This document shows positions 1 to 12,849 of a stretch of 64,000 nucleotides of DNA, piece by piece (positions within the stretch are counted from its first letter, which is position 1; each line of letters begins with the position of its first letter). Below the pieces are notes generated by a model that saw only the letters and a program-made list of their open reading frames with translations, was not told where the DNA came from and did not search any database. Position numbers and translations under genes: made by a program. Source of the DNA: Octopus vulgaris (taxonomy: Eukaryota). The DNA is taken from assembly GCA_951406725.2 (NCBI GenBank), contig OX597825.1, positions 2,666,001-2,730,000 of the forward strand. Direction: 5' to 3'.

Positions 1-21
1 TAAATGATGGTGTCATTTAAA

Positions 22-665
22 ATGCACTGCACTGCTATTTCCTGCATACCATTTGAGCCCGGAACACAGAATAACAGAAAAGTAAGCAAGTATTTACTTC
101 TAAATAAATTTAAGAGTAAATTACTTTTCCTATGGTATTCATTTCTTGTTTATCAATCTGTTCTTTTCTTTAAGTTGCAGAAATATACATTTGGTCTCTT
201 TTACATTCTATGTTGTATTGTGATTGTCGTCTAAGGTGTCCAAGGTAAGGGACTGAAACACATTTGGTTTGATTCTTGGCTAGCTGAAAATGGAGTAGGA
301 AGAAATAACATAGACAATAAGAAAACCTAGAGAGATGATATCCAAGGTAGGCAGTATTGCGCATGATGGTTACTGTGATTCATAGGCTCAGTAGAGGGAA
401 GTATATTTGAAAATATGCGGATGCATTTGGAATTGTCCCTGATCTAGCAAGCCATGAGGAGCACGGGCCAACAGATGGGATGACAGACACGAGAAAACGA
501 ACTGAAGAAAGGGCTTTTGGAATGGTATTTTCTTTTGTGAGAAGGCTCTTTGTTTCATCAATGCCATCTTGGATATCTGCCTGTGTAAAATGAGCATTGC
601 ACATATATACTAACTATAATCTGCTAATTTATGCGGGTCTCATGTTGGACAGTGTTACAAAATTA
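22..665 (+). pseudogene. IL17: IL-17-like pseudogene
   Basis: Donor GTAAGC at 82, acceptor CAG at 180; hydrophobic LFYILCCIVIVV*G; IQGRQYCA (340); NCP*S (431, CPW); ANRW; FFCEKA; HVGQC (641). Confidence 0.6.
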
Positions 666-949
666 ATTCTTATATTTCTAATCAACTGGAAATATTTGGT
701 AATTCTTACCTATCAAGTGATAACCCTCACGAAATGTTGGTAATTCTATAAAATATTATTAAATTCGGAAGCCATCATCATTAATAAAATTTAAAAACAA
801 ATAACATGAATGTTTTTTGAAGAAAAATAAATGTATGTTATTGGGAGAAAACTGAAAAAGAAAAACAATGAACCATAAGAGAATTTCTATTCACAATGTA
901 GATTAAATAAAATAGAGAGACGTGTAAAGCCTATTGTAATAATTAAGGA

Positions 950-1320
950 AGGCATATTAAGTGCGTCTACCTTTCTTTATTTCAATCATATCATTTTGGT
1001 TGTTAATTTCCCTGGTGTGGGTTTCACCTTTGTTTAAGCACTCAGTGGGACTGGCGTTGCGAATACAATATTTTGCTAGTTTTGTATTATTAATTAGACT
1101 AGAATTCCCCTATCCTGATTATGAAAGGATTAAAGTGTATGCGTAAAAGTTATTCCGGAGCATTTGAATGTCTACACAAGTACAAACAAAAAAAACGAAA
1201 ACTCTTTTCTTTTTATATTATGATTTACAAAACGCAGGAAAGACATTCTTCTTGGAAATTTATGAAACAATATTGAATTCCATTACTCGAGTGAGTTGAT
1301 ATGCATTTGCTACTTTATCA
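950..1320 (+). pseudogene. IL-17-like relic
   Basis: TRIP (1098), LKCMRK, GAFECL (1157), EIYETIL..RVS* across frameshifts. Confidence 0.45.
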
Positions 1321-1358
1321 CTGAACGCACACACACATGTATATGTATGAATATATAC

Positions 1359-1359
<1 letters not shown>

Positions 1360-1419
<60 letters not shown>

Positions 1420-1429
1420 GTATGTACAT

Positions 1430-1470
<41 letters not shown>
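1360..1470. repeat. (TA)n microsatellite
   Basis: Direct inspection. Confidence 0.95.
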
Positions 1471-1473
<3 letters not shown>

Positions 1474-1799
1474 ATATACTACCTCTGGATTCTTTCCATT
1501 TTTCTTCTTGCCATATAAATTAATGTCAAAACCACTTATTACCCTCGCCTAATTATTATACTCAGTATTGTAATTGCCACGCAATAACTATCACGTGTAT
1601 TAATTAGGTATTCTAACAGCAATATATTAGATAGATACTATCCTTTAGTTGGTTGGTTTTACAACCTCTAACTCTCCTTGAATTATATCTATATGTATGT
1701 ATCTATCTATCTTCCTCCTATCTGTTATATATATAGCTAATTACTATTATTTTTTTTAATTGTCATTAAATAATTAATAAATTTTAACATTATCATTAA

Positions 1800-2355
1800 A
1801 CAATTTAGAGTGTGTTATTTATTCATCAAAGAAGTGTTATAGTTACTCATAAATGTTTGCTTCATAATTCATTTCGTCACCGAACATTTTTCCTACAAAA
1901 TGTATTTTTGCATTTGACATTGTAATAATATAAAAATGTTACTGTTTCTTTACACACAGTTTTCAAATATTTCAGAATCGAAAATGTCATCATTTACAAT
2001 ATCGGTAACATATTTTGTTTTGACCTTAAAAGAAGTAAAAATGTACGATGCAGTAAACCCTCGCTCTATCGCGGTTCACCTATCGCGGTTCACCTATCGC
2101 GGTTTATTATTTAAGCTTACGTCGATTCCTCCGTGGTGCTGTTTTGTATTTATGATAAAATAAATATATACAAATTATGAAAATAATTAAGAAAAGTATA
2201 TAGTCCACTACTGTTTCTACTTCGCGGATTTCCACTTATCGCGGCGTGTTTTGGAATAAAACAAACGCAATAGTCGAGGGGTTGCTGTACTTAAATACTC
2301 CAATATTTCATTTACATCAAAGGCTGGAAATTAGTTCCATCTCTCATAACGCTTT
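1800..2355 (+). pseudogene. IL17: IL-17-like pseudogene split by a MITE
   Basis: PNIFPTKCIFA (1880), RKCHHLQY (1979); after the MITE, YIKGWKLVPS (2313) resembles YxxGWxxVPVG. Confidence 0.6.
2051..2287. mobile_element. pogo/Tigger-like MITE
   Basis: Imperfect TIRs CAGTAAACCCTCGCTCTATCGCG ... CGCAATAGTCGAGGGGTTGCTG, followed by TA; internal CTATCGCGGTT repeats. Confidence 0.8.
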
Positions 2356-2356
2356 T

Positions 2357-3125
2357 ATGAGAAAACCGTAAGGTCATGCTGGGCTTTATATTTCCAATAA
2401 TTTCTTCCATAGAGGCAATATAACAAACTATTTACTCATTTGTTATTCCCATGCTGTGGTATGCAGCTGTTTAAAGATAGTATTTGCCATCTGCTCTACT
2501 CCTTATTGATTTCCGTCCACAAATATCTTATGAAACCTCTCCCATTTCAGTTCAAAGAAGCATACAAATGCGGATTTATATGTATGTATGTTGTAGGTAC
2601 ACGCACACACACAGTATGTATGTATATATTGGCTAAACATCATAAACATCACCTGAACGTACTGTCTGCTTGTATAAGGAAGCAACACAATTTCTGTTTT
2701 AAGGATTCATGTATATTCGGTTACCAAGCTTTACATTTATCTTAACATCTTTCTTCGAGAATTCAATAAACCAGATGTCACAATGAATAAAACAACCTGT
2801 CTACCTAACAGAGGAGCGTTTACACGGACTGTTTCTCCATTGTGGCATTGATCTATTTCTCCTAGGAAAATCCCTTTACAGCATATTGACAACCCTCTTA
2901 AATATAATCCAGAAAACGTATATTCGGTTTCAACATTGGACATATTTAATGTGTATGTATTGTAAGATATGCTCTGCTGCCTCCAATTTTATTCTTAACC
3001 ATTTCTTTGAAGAGAATATATTGTACGTGTTATGCTGCATAAGAAAAGTAAGTCAACGATGTAGCAAACTCTTATCGAGATTGAGACAAAGTAGTTACGA
3101 GTGAATGTCCGCATGCTAAACGTAG
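2357..3125 (+). pseudogene. IL17: IL-17-like pseudogene
   Basis: ATG 2357, GTAAGG 2368, AG 2412; MNKTTCLP..SPLWH*SISPRK (2783-2869; RSISPW hallmark); CMYCKIC; ILYVL; D*DKVVTSEC. Confidence 0.7.
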
Positions 3126-3309
3126 GCACCGAATAGTATATCAGACATTTTGGTTTACGGAATAATAACGTTTAAGGAATAAGTGATTCACTTAATTCTT
3201 TCATCCTGTTACATTGTCCTCCTTACCTATAACAGAACTACCACACTATGTTAAGCAGAACACTCATTGTAAGGAATCAGAACCATTGAAACTCTTACCA
3301 TTTATATTA

Positions 3310-3895
3310 TGTCTACTCACCATATATAAGCCTTGTCTTCTTATATTCGTTGCACCATTCGTGTTTTAGGCATCCCATTGTGCTTCTAGTTATAACTCTT
3401 AATTTACCAATCATAAACACATACCAGTGAGAAAAAGTATACTTGGTAGCCAGGTTTACTAGAAAGTTCCTCCAAATTCCCTTCAAAGGAGGATGAGTGA
3501 AAGAAGACATTGCCCAATGTTAGCCGAATCCTCTATAAAAGGTTAGACCCTTAAAGTGAGAATACATTTATTTGTTTATCTTCTTACTCTTGGTAAATTT
3601 GAGATTAAGCAAGAAACAACTCAACAGTCGTAGTCACATTTTTGGAAGTAAAATAACCTATCTGGAAGGTATTAAATGTTTCGTAGGCAGTTTCAGAGAA
3701 CGACAAATATGGTGCATATTTGGTGAGTAGAAGACAGAACTTTATTCTCAAACTCGAGCTCTACCTCAAAAGTGTGAACGTTGGTGGATCCTCCTAAAAG
3801 CACACAACGTATATGTCGTTGAAAACACGTGCGCGTCAGATTAAGTCTAATAAGACCATATTTTAGCTGTGTTTACGCAGTTACCAATATTGCCT
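3310..3895 (+). pseudogene. IL-17-like pseudogene
   Basis: Signal-like CLLIFVAPFVF; ERRHCPM (~3500); YLEGIKC..WCIF..QKCER..NTCA; terminal FSCVYA (CxC with tgc>tac). Confidence 0.5.
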
Positions 3896-4129
3896 GACAA
3901 TACATTACATGTCACAATTCTCTTGAGTGAAGCACAAAATATGCAATGAAATAAAACCCAAAAGTACGCAGATGCAAACTGAAATCCAGGGCAAAATAAC
4001 TCTGTTTTGCTTAAGTGCCGCATATTCATGCTGTACTACGAACTGACATTGTAATCAAACAGAAATACTTTATTTAATGTGATGTCCCTTAATTTAAAGA
4101 AGTATATTGTAATCGTTGGGATAATTCTC

Positions 4130-4470
4130 TGAAATTTCTAGCAAGTCAGGCTAAAATCTTAAAATGTCATCTTCCAATGTCCTAGAAGTAATTTGCATGT
4201 GGTATTGACTATCTCCAACAATAGCAATATATAAATGTCCAGTTCCGTTCTACTTCGTATAGAAAGGCGAGGAAGAAAGTAAAAGAGAACTACAAAGAGA
4301 TTTAACAGCTACAAGATGGGTGTGCATACTCGTTCCGGGTAAAGAATATGAAATACAGACGGTATAATGAATGATTCTTATAACACTGCAAAATTCATTT
4401 CTAATGAAATTTTATAGAAGGAGAATTTTATAGAAACGAATAGGTTATTATTATCTTGATAAAAGTTTTA
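4130..4470 (+). pseudogene. IL-17-like pseudogene
   Basis: FQCPR; KCPVPFYFV; TRWVC; QTV**MI (cf. EPVYYxI); IEGEFY..*VII. Confidence 0.5.
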
Positions 4471-4608
4471 AAAAGTAATCTTTATTTGATCCAAATATAC
4501 ACACGAGAAAGTAATTTTGTTTAATTGTATTTTAAGGTAAAAAGAAATTTTCTTTTGAAAATTAGAATTGAGTTTTTTTTTCATTTTGTATGAATATCAA
4601 GAAATTTC

Positions 4609-5205
4609 ATGATTATTGTACGTATGTGATTGTTTCTAATATTGGCAATCGTTCCTAAACGATACATCTAAAACGATCTTATCATATGTCTGTTAAAATT
4701 CTAGGATGTAAATATAGAAAAATCACTGAACTTAACAGCCATATTATTGAACATTTACAAATATCAGACTGCATCAAAACTAATTCGTATGTCTACAAAA
4801 CTTATAAAACCGTTCAAAGAAAACATATACATACATCCAGCATCGTACAGATGACGTAGATTCTTTTGAAATCAATAAATCTACCTCTGATGTGAATTCC
4901 TATTCAACACCACTACTTTCTGTGACTTCAAGTCTTGCACATGTGAAATTTTCCTTCTATCTATAGATATTTTTATCTATTGTTATTATATTTATAAGAT
5001 ATTTTTATCGGCTATTGTCTGAGTGATTACCGTTATTAACGTTCGGTAATAGCAACCATGGCTTTTAATATTTACAATTGTTGATAAAAGCTCTATGGCT
5101 TCCAAAGCGGTTAACTACTCGTCACTAATTCCAGCTATTTATTGCGTGTATATTTTAGTGATCATCAAATTTTTTGGCACTTTAATTAAACTGGCATTGT
5201 AAAAA
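4609..5205 (+). pseudogene. IL-17-like relic
   Basis: ATG 4609, donor GTACGT 4618, acceptor TAG 4704 in phase 0; INKSTS (cf. MNKTTC); YCLSDY; YNC; FWHF..TG. Confidence 0.4.
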
Positions 5206-5467
5206 TCAAACTTGGTATAGTTATTGTCACATCATCCGTACCGCATTTAATGCATGGAAAATGGAACAACTTTTAAGACGAGATAATTAAAAAATATTTC
5301 GACGATAGCGCCAATACTGTATAATTGGAGCAAAGAAGAAAGAGATCTTAGGAAATATTTCATTCTCTAAGAATCGTGACACCAGCTAGATATAACTCAT
5401 TCTGCTTTTCAATCGTAGGATTATATAGACTCCGACAAAACATATGTAATTTTACGTCCTTCTAAAA

Positions 5468-5625
5468 AAGGAGGTGCTGAAAAGCTTTTGGCTTTGGGTA
5501 AGTGAAAATACTGGAGGATCACTTAATTATGATTTATCCAACATATTCGTCTCTCATATTCACACACATTTTAAGGCGGTAACCCAGTATTTGTAAGCCC
5601 TGTAAAAAGAAATCTGGCCTTTAAC
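5468..5625 (-). mobile_element. mariner-derived MITE end
   Basis: GAGGTGCTGAAAAGCTTTTGGCTTT terminus plus the reverse complement of a mariner C-terminal (..KCVNLRGEYVE*)-like segment. Confidence 0.6.
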
Positions 5626-5629
5626 GATG

Positions 5630-6010
5630 TATTTAAAGCCACGAAATTTTCAATATCTTCTCGTATATAAATTTAATAAATGGATTTCATTTTTACATAT
5701 CGTTTCAGAGATCTTTATTTATGTCAAACGTAAAATAGGGGAATATTCTCGTATTAAATCAAGGCAAAGAATTATACATATTTGGAAGAAAATTCTGAAT
5801 TCCCTACAGTTACTAATTAGAGGAATTCTCCTTGTTCATAGAGTCTCCTCTTCGGGAACTTACAATTCATTGAATCATCGAAACACCCTGTAAGAAATAT
5901 GGAATCATTATTATTATTGCGAAGTATATTACCATTTGACAATAGAAACTTAGTTTTCTGAATTAATTGAATATCCTTGCAAATTTTTGATTTACAATAA
6001 CTGCACTAAT
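5630..6010 (+). pseudogene. IL-17-like relic
   Basis: NYTYLEENSEFPTV; SPCS; FGN; HPV..LLLRS; NNCTN. Confidence 0.35.
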
Positions 6011-6619
6011 TCTTTAGAATTATACTTAATATAATGGTGATGAAGATGACGATGACGATGATGATGATGATGACTGAGATGGTGCTGATTAAGGTGATGG
6101 AAGGTAATGATGTTGTAGAAGATGATGAGTTGGTAACGGTTTATGTAATGTTTAGCCCAAGGATGATTCGGACGAATTAGGATCAAAACTCCGATCATAA
6201 ACCCCCTCCCACCAGTTTTTGAAGCATGTACATTATCGCCTTATATTTATGCATTTCATTTAGGTATGGTTGTTTCGTGTGATTTAAGAGTCTTTTGGCT
6301 GCAATTTCTATCATAACGAACGAACAAATGAATTCTTCATTTGTTGCTGGTTATAATGTTAATTAGGATAATGTTAATTAGGATAACGAAAATATTGCTT
6401 ACAAAATTATGATAACAGAGAAGATGCTGATGATGATAAATATAATGATAATGGTAGTGGTGGTGGTTGTGATGATTGTAATGATGATGATGCTGAAGGG
6501 AAGGAGAAGGAGGACGCGGAAAACAACACTACCGAAAAAGTTGTGATGAAGTCGTGAAGAGTAAGAATGACGATAATGTGGCTGTTAATGAAAACGCATT
6601 AAATTACAAAAAAACAGAT

Positions 6620-6935
6620 ACTGGAAACGGTGACAGGTGTGATGATCTCAGAAATGGTAGATTCAACAGAGTTGTTTGTTGTTTCGACTTTGTCTTCCTT
6701 GATCCAGCTGATTTATAATCAAAGCAAACATTTTGTCACCACACACAATAAAACCAAAAAAACATTTCCTTTGTTCTTTTCATATCGCCCACACCGTGTC
6801 TCTAAATCTACTTCTTCTATTGTGAAATAATTATTGTCTGTGATGGGGGATAAAGTGTGAGATAACGAAAATTCAGCTGTTGTAGATTTATGTGAGGCTA
6901 ATCTGAAACAATTTTGTTTCTAGTTGCAGATGGTG
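6620..6935 (+). pseudogene. IL-17-like pseudogene
   Basis: GNGDRCDD..FNRVVCCFDFVFLDP; YCL..IKCEI; VSSCRW. Confidence 0.55.
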
Positions 6936-6939
6936 GAAC

Positions 6940-7330
6940 GATGTGTTGATGCGAATGGTGGTGGGAATTATAACGTCGACGACAGTGAAGACGATCATGG
7001 GGATGATGATGATGGCGATGAAGACGATGACGATGAAGACGATGATGATGGTGGTGATGATGATAATTATGATGATGATGATGATGATAATGATGATGGT
7101 GCTGGTTCTGGTGCTGTTGGTGGTATGGAGAACATGACCATGACGATGGTAAGCGGATGACGATGATGATGTCGACCGCGATTATATTGCTGATGACGAT
7201 GAAGATGTTGATGAAGATGCTGCTGCAGCTGTTTCTATTGATGATGATTCTGTTTATAATGATGATGACGATAATGATGATGATGAGGAGGAGGACGAAA
7301 ACAATGATCTAGACAATGATGATCTTGTTA
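6940..7330. repeat. Degenerate (GAT)n low-complexity tract
   Basis: Direct inspection. Confidence 0.9.
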
Positions 7331-7409
7331 TTTATGATTATTATCGTTATTGTAAATATGATCATGATTAACATAACAAGGCCTAGGAGTTGGAGGAAAC
7401 AATAGGTTA

Positions 7410-7499
7410 CTAATAATAATAATAATAATAATAATGATAATAATAATAATAATGATGATAATAATAATAATAATAGTAATAATAATAATAATAATAATG

Positions 7500-7563
<64 letters not shown>

Positions 7564-7640
7564 CAATAGTAATAATAACAATAATAATAATAATAATAAC
7601 AATAATGATAATAATAATAATAATAATAATAATTAATAAT
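7410..7640. repeat. (AAT)n microsatellite
   Basis: Direct inspection. Confidence 0.95.
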
Positions 7641-7686
7641 AGACACATATAATGATAAATACCAAAAATAAACAAATTGTCTACAG

Positions 7687-8420
7687 GTTCCAGTATGTTC
7701 TCTTTGTATTATATTTGTCCTTTTATGTTGAACTTGTTCTTTTCTTTATCATTTCACACTTGCTATATTTCGATCTGGACATTTATAGCACCGCATCCCC
7801 CATTACCCCCACACCCATATTCTCTAAGATAAATCCTCCTCCTGAATATTTATCAAAACATTTTAACTTTATTACAAGTTTTACAGTGTGTTGTTTTAAA
7901 AGAACATGTCTAATTCTAAAGTTTAAGCCAAAATATATTTGTTATTTTCGGAGTTCTTGTTTTTTTCCTTGTTTCCGTTGTTGTAGTGGATATTGTTGTT
8001 ATTGATGTTGTTGTTGCTGTTGTTGTTGCTGTTGTGGTTGTCTTTATTGTTGTAGCTGTTTGCATTTTCTTTTTGTTTTTTTGTTTTTTATTGATGTTGC
8101 AGACTTTATTAACTTGTGTATTGAAATGGATTTATACAAGATATCACTACAATGCAATAAAAAGATGCTGCTATAGAAATGGGGAATAAAAGAGAAAAAT
8201 GTAAAAATGGCTACATCAATAATGCTCTCTTTAATGTGGAGGAAAAAAAGCTATTTCTGTTGTTTTTTTTTATATGTAAGTGTTTTATGATGTTAAAAGT
8301 AAAAATAAAAAGGTTTAGGATGAAAACTATTAAAGACAAAACTTTTGCTCGATCTATTTCTATGACAACTGAAGGTGGGTGAGGAGTTGAAACAGTAGCA
8401 AATTAAATTCTGTCCACTGT
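7687..8420 (+). pseudogene. IL-17-like relic (weak)
   Basis: Acceptor CAG 7686 then VPVCSLCIIFVLLC; TCVLKWIY..YNAIKR; KCKNG; ICKCF..VKIKR. Confidence 0.3.
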
Positions 8421-8454
8421 TTAGTTCCAGTCTCAATAAAAATAAAAATATTCT

Positions 8455-8875
8455 GAAATGAAATCCCTCAACAAAGAGATTCGTCTAGAAATGTTTGTTG
8501 GCCGGTAGATAATGCTTCTACGTCGTGGAATATGCCTTCTGCTTAATCTGGTCGCCTTCCGTTTGTCAGGCGAAAGCCCGCGACGTTTTACAAGGTTGTC
8601 TGCGCATAAACTATCATTATGTTATCTACCGTTTTTGCTGCCGGATCCTCGAAGCAGGGCCATTTAACTTCACCGTGTAGTGCATCATACCACAGGTTTT
8701 CTTTCAGAGCATATAGTGCAGATTTAGAGACCTTCACTGCATCGTTGCAGCTTCTCATTTCTTACCGGAGATTTTCATATGAGGTTAAGAATTTGATGAT
8801 AAATTTCAAACCCGGATGAGACATGGTGTTTATTTTCAGAATGTTTACTGTGCATGCGCCTCGGTTACAATTTAA
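8455..8875 (+). pseudogene. IL-17-like relic
   Basis: SRNVCWP; LSTVFAA; FKPG*DMV (W site); terminal VYCACA with an intact CxC (~8843-8860). Confidence 0.45.
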
Positions 8876-8984
8876 ATATAGAATATTTGAATTTGGTATT
8901 CTTGTTGATTCTCTTGTTGATGTGGCTGTTGCTCTTGCTGTAGTTGATATCCGCATATTGCTTTTTTACACCGCATTTCAATAA

Positions 8985-9329
8985 GGGTAAAAGAGTAAAG
9001 AGCACTTTCGGTCATGAAATGACCATGGTATTACACCTAGAAGGTTCCCCTCCGAGACACAAGCCCGGGCAAGTTTGTTTGTGAAAACCAGCGGTCGAGC
9101 GTGCATACCGACCTCCCATCTTCAAGCAAGTGATGTTGTGCAAGGAAAAGACGAAGGCCAGAACAACTCGGAACGAGTGATGTCTCAACTCATTTCTACA
9201 GTTGAGTGAACCGAACCTATGTGACATACAATGTCTTGCCCAAGAACACAAGATACATCCCGGTCCGGGAATCGAGCTCCCTACCTAATTATTGTGAGCC
9301 CCCAACACAAAACATTGAGCCATGCGCCA
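8985..9329 (-). mobile_element. tRNA-derived SINE
   Basis: Reverse complement starts GGCGCATGGCTCAATG..GCTCGATTCCC (A/B-box-like) and has a CTTGGGCAAGACA core and a short TTTAC tail. Confidence 0.75.
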
Positions 9330-9438
9330 ACTCTACTGGTTAATTTCACAAAGTAAACTCCAAATCATTTTTTAGTTTTCTTTCGTCCACTTATTCTTCC
9401 CCGTTATTGCAGAACATTTTTCAGAGCATTATTGCAGA

Positions 9439-9472
<34 letters not shown>

Positions 9473-9523
9473 ACACACATGCACACACACACACATATAT
9501 ATATGAGATTTATATATATATGC

Positions 9524-9586
<63 letters not shown>

Positions 9587-9641
9587 CACACGCACACAAA
9601 TACATATATTTATATGTATGTATACAGGGTGCGTTGAATAT

Positions 9642-10175
9642 ATTGTCGTCTACAAATATTTTTGCCAAACTTACTTAAAATTATCTCGAAATACTAAAGA
9701 TTACATTTATTCCATAAAATCGCCATTGGTTTCAACCGCTGACGCCAAACGATTTCGGAATCTCCTGCAACTCTTCTGGGCGATCTCTTTATTTAAGTTG
9801 GTGACTTCTGGCATAATCCATATCTTTGGTGTTACAAGGTGTATTGCTGGTCCCTCGCTCAACTGCACTCCACACATAATAATCTTGGGTGTTGGACTCT
9901 GGGAATCAGGTGGCCAGATTTCAAAGGGTGGTAGCCATGACTAAGTTCTCCTACTTGTGTAGCATGGTGCAAAGTCCTGTTACCAGACAAAAGGCTTTCA
10001 GAAGCCACCCTCTTGCCGCAGGGCAGCTCAATCTCCTCCAGTCACCTGATGTAGACCTCCGTGTTGAATCTGAGACCGTGTGGGAAGATGAATGGAAGCC
10101 TAACATCGCCAGCACTACTGGTCATTCCAAACGCCATGATGTTGACTGGATGTTTGATTTTATTTACTCTCGGTT
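9642..10175 (-). mobile_element. Tc1/mariner transposase relic
   Basis: Terminus TACAGGGTG; minus-strand EIWPPDS..(D)YYVWSAVE-like motif with frameshifts. Confidence 0.7.
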
Positions 10176-10409
10176 TTCGGGTCTCGGGAATCTTATACAA
10201 GAAATATATAATTAGAAGCATAATTATAATTAGGGTTCAGCAAATTGCTTCACCACATAACGAAATTCAGAATTAACAGTTAAATGCTATTCCTCTACCA
10301 TAAGATATTTCCCAGACAGCAATACTCTTAATTTACGAAGGAGAAAAAACATCTGAAACCTCTTCGAAAATACATTCACCCAATTGGTGATGGTATTGTA
10401 TTGCAATAA

Positions 10410-11010
10410 TTAATGTTATCCTAAATTTTTAAGCGCAGCATGACTATTTTAGTTTTAGTAGCTCTAGCTACGCGATAAATAGAGGAGGAAATACCCGAAC
10501 ATTATGGGTTAGAACGTATTTCAACAGAGGTTGCCTCAGTCAAATATTAACTTCAGCAAGAGCAACAGTTGCATCAACAAGAGAATCAACAATAAAAACG
10601 AATTCAAATATTTTAAATTTAAATTCAGCAAATTTAAATTACGGAAATAGATTTGTTCCCTTTTAGGGTTGTCTAACAGATGAGATTATCCCAAAGGAGG
10701 GGGAATAGAATATTCTTAATGACATGAAAATCAATGTGAGGATGTCCTATGTAGTCAATTATTGAATATCACCGACAACACAATGAAAATGTTAGGCCGA
10801 TTGTAGTAAGTGACGAGACAAGCATTTATAACATGAAAAGTAAAGATTGCCATGGTAAGAATATATAAGTAAATAAAAGAATTGCCAAGATGGTGGTTGT
10901 AAAATTTCAATATGAATGGGGACAAGTGACAAATGGAATTAAAGCACATACTTCATCTGTGGAGCATGAAGTGACACCAATTTACGCATCAATAATTGTA
11001 TATGAATAAT
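10410..11010 (+). pseudogene. IL-17-like pseudogene
   Basis: Signal MTILVLVALAT (10440); CPM*..EYHRQHNENVRP; KDCHG..VNKR/NCQDG; FQYEWGQVTNG. Confidence 0.55.
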
Positions 11011-11267
11011 ATTCTTGTTTTTTTCTTTTTTATATGTTTATTACATGATGTACTGAGACTGAAGTATGATATGATTGTTATGAACGTCATCTTATCTAAC
11101 GTTGAACTGTTCAAAAATAGCTGGGAAATATATTGGAAATTAATTTTATAAAGCTATATATCGTAATATATATATAGCAATATATAAATTAGATTATAAT
11201 ATTTCGAAATATTGCTATATTATACTTAGTTACATATTTCATTTTAATATTTATTCTAAAAAAGAAC

Positions 11268-11465
11268 AGTGGTGAGCCGGCAGAATCTTTAGTCGTGCAA
11301 AAGCATAACTGTATTTCGTCCGCCTTTACATCCTGAACCTAGACTTAGCCGAGGCCAAATTTCGGTGTCTTTAAATCAAGTAGCCGTTGAATACCAGTGT
11401 CGATATAGTCAACTTACACTCTCCACCGAAATTGTTGTCTATGTGGCTAAATTTCAAGCCAATAT
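11268..11465 (+). mobile_element. Degenerate octopus-type SINE
   Basis: GGTGAGCCGGCAGAATC...GCCGAGG...GTCGAT; related copies near 17670, 19440, 41310(-), 44050(-), 45130. Confidence 0.6.
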
Positions 11466-11649
11466 TTATTGGGTCATTTCATAACTAATGCAGTTTTTTT
11501 TTTCAATTGTATGAGTTAAAAATCAGAGGGGGCAGGTTAAAATAAACACATCAGCTTGCTATAAAAGCAGGTAGTAATTTTACCTTATCCTTATTCTTAG
11601 TGCAAGTTTTTCACTACTAAGATCTGGTATCGATGAAAATTGATGGATG

Positions 11650-12075
11650 TGTACATCAGAATCAGTAAAGCTAAAAGGAAACAATAAAAATAACTGAAAT
11701 GTATTTGCTCATTTTGAGCAAATAGTAACATCACACTAATAGAATGGTGAATGAGGGATGGAAAATGAAAGTTATGACGTAATTTGAAGTGAAAGACGTA
11801 AAAATATATTTATGTGAGGAGTGTGTAAGAATAATGATACAAGAAGAGAGCAAAACGGAAGCTATAATTTAAGAGATATTTGAAACAAGAAACACCCTCG
11901 TGTTTTATCGCACCCGGTTTTCTAGTAAATAAATAAATAAAATAAAACAATACTCATAACCGTTGTGAACTTTCCTCCTACAATTGTTCTCTATCACAAA
12001 AAAATGGACCATATTCCAATTTCCTCTCTCCAGTGTTTCTGCTCACAATTAGGCTGTTTTCTTTTTCCTCATTGA
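11650..12075 (+). pseudogene. IL-17-like pseudogene
   Basis: GVCK; SYNL..NKKHPRVL; HNRCEL..Y; NGPY; LGCF. Confidence 0.5.
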
Positions 12076-12089
12076 CCCTATTCGGATTG

Positions 12090-12490
12090 TGACATTTAAC
12101 TAAATTCTATTTACAGTAGAAATTTTCCAATTCTACAATTTTTGTTTCGCCCAACATACAAATCCTAATCAAATATTTTTGACCAGCTTCTATCATCTAA
12201 AAAAATTATTTCTTGCTTATGTTATTCTAAGATTTGCACATGTTAAAATTGGCAAAGTATTGAATCTGACGTAAATATGTATACATATTCCATTATTCAC
12301 TGGGGAATACATACGCTGCATACTTATCATTTATGCCAATGCTATATGATCTATATTTCCCTTAACATTGTATATTTATTATCTGTTTCAATTATTCATA
12401 TTTAATATACGTCTGAATCCTCCATATTCGAAATTTAAAAAAAGAATCCTTCATGTTGCATGCATGTCTGTTCTTCTCAACGTTACCTAT
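12090..12490 (+). pseudogene. IL-17-like pseudogene
   Basis: ICTC..ESDVNMY..SIIH; LCQC; YSKFKKRILHVACMSV (VAC-x-C with tgt>tct). Confidence 0.5.
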
Positions 12491-12849
12491 TTAATGTGTA
12501 TATAAATGTCCTTTATTAAATACTGTATATTTAATATTTTCTGAATATTGCATATTTAATATTTGTCACAGTATAGGATATTTAATACGATATGTTTAAT
12601 ACATGTTTTAATATTTATATCTTGTTTGTGTCTTAGTGTGTAAATTTAATATTTATTTCATTAAATATTCGTCTCAAATTGCATTGGGAATATAGAAAAA
12701 ACCCTAAGTATTTGTATTGATACAGTATATCAAACAATTCTTTAAATATTCTATAATATAATTAAAAATGCAGCGACAGATATTTGGTTTATTATTAGAT
12801 ATATAGTATTTGTTTCAACGCCGTAAAATGTATATTTATCATAATAGTG

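Noticed and set aside
380-604. Minus-strand ORF read as a LINE RT fragment
   Set aside because: No RT motif continues, and the + strand gives an ordered IL-17 pattern.
8480-8960. Minus-strand IL-17-like reading (RSC..WY..RR..EGIF)
   Set aside because: The + strand reading keeps a CxC end and matches array orientation. This ambiguity shows by-eye motif matching can give false positives, hence the low confidence on weak units.
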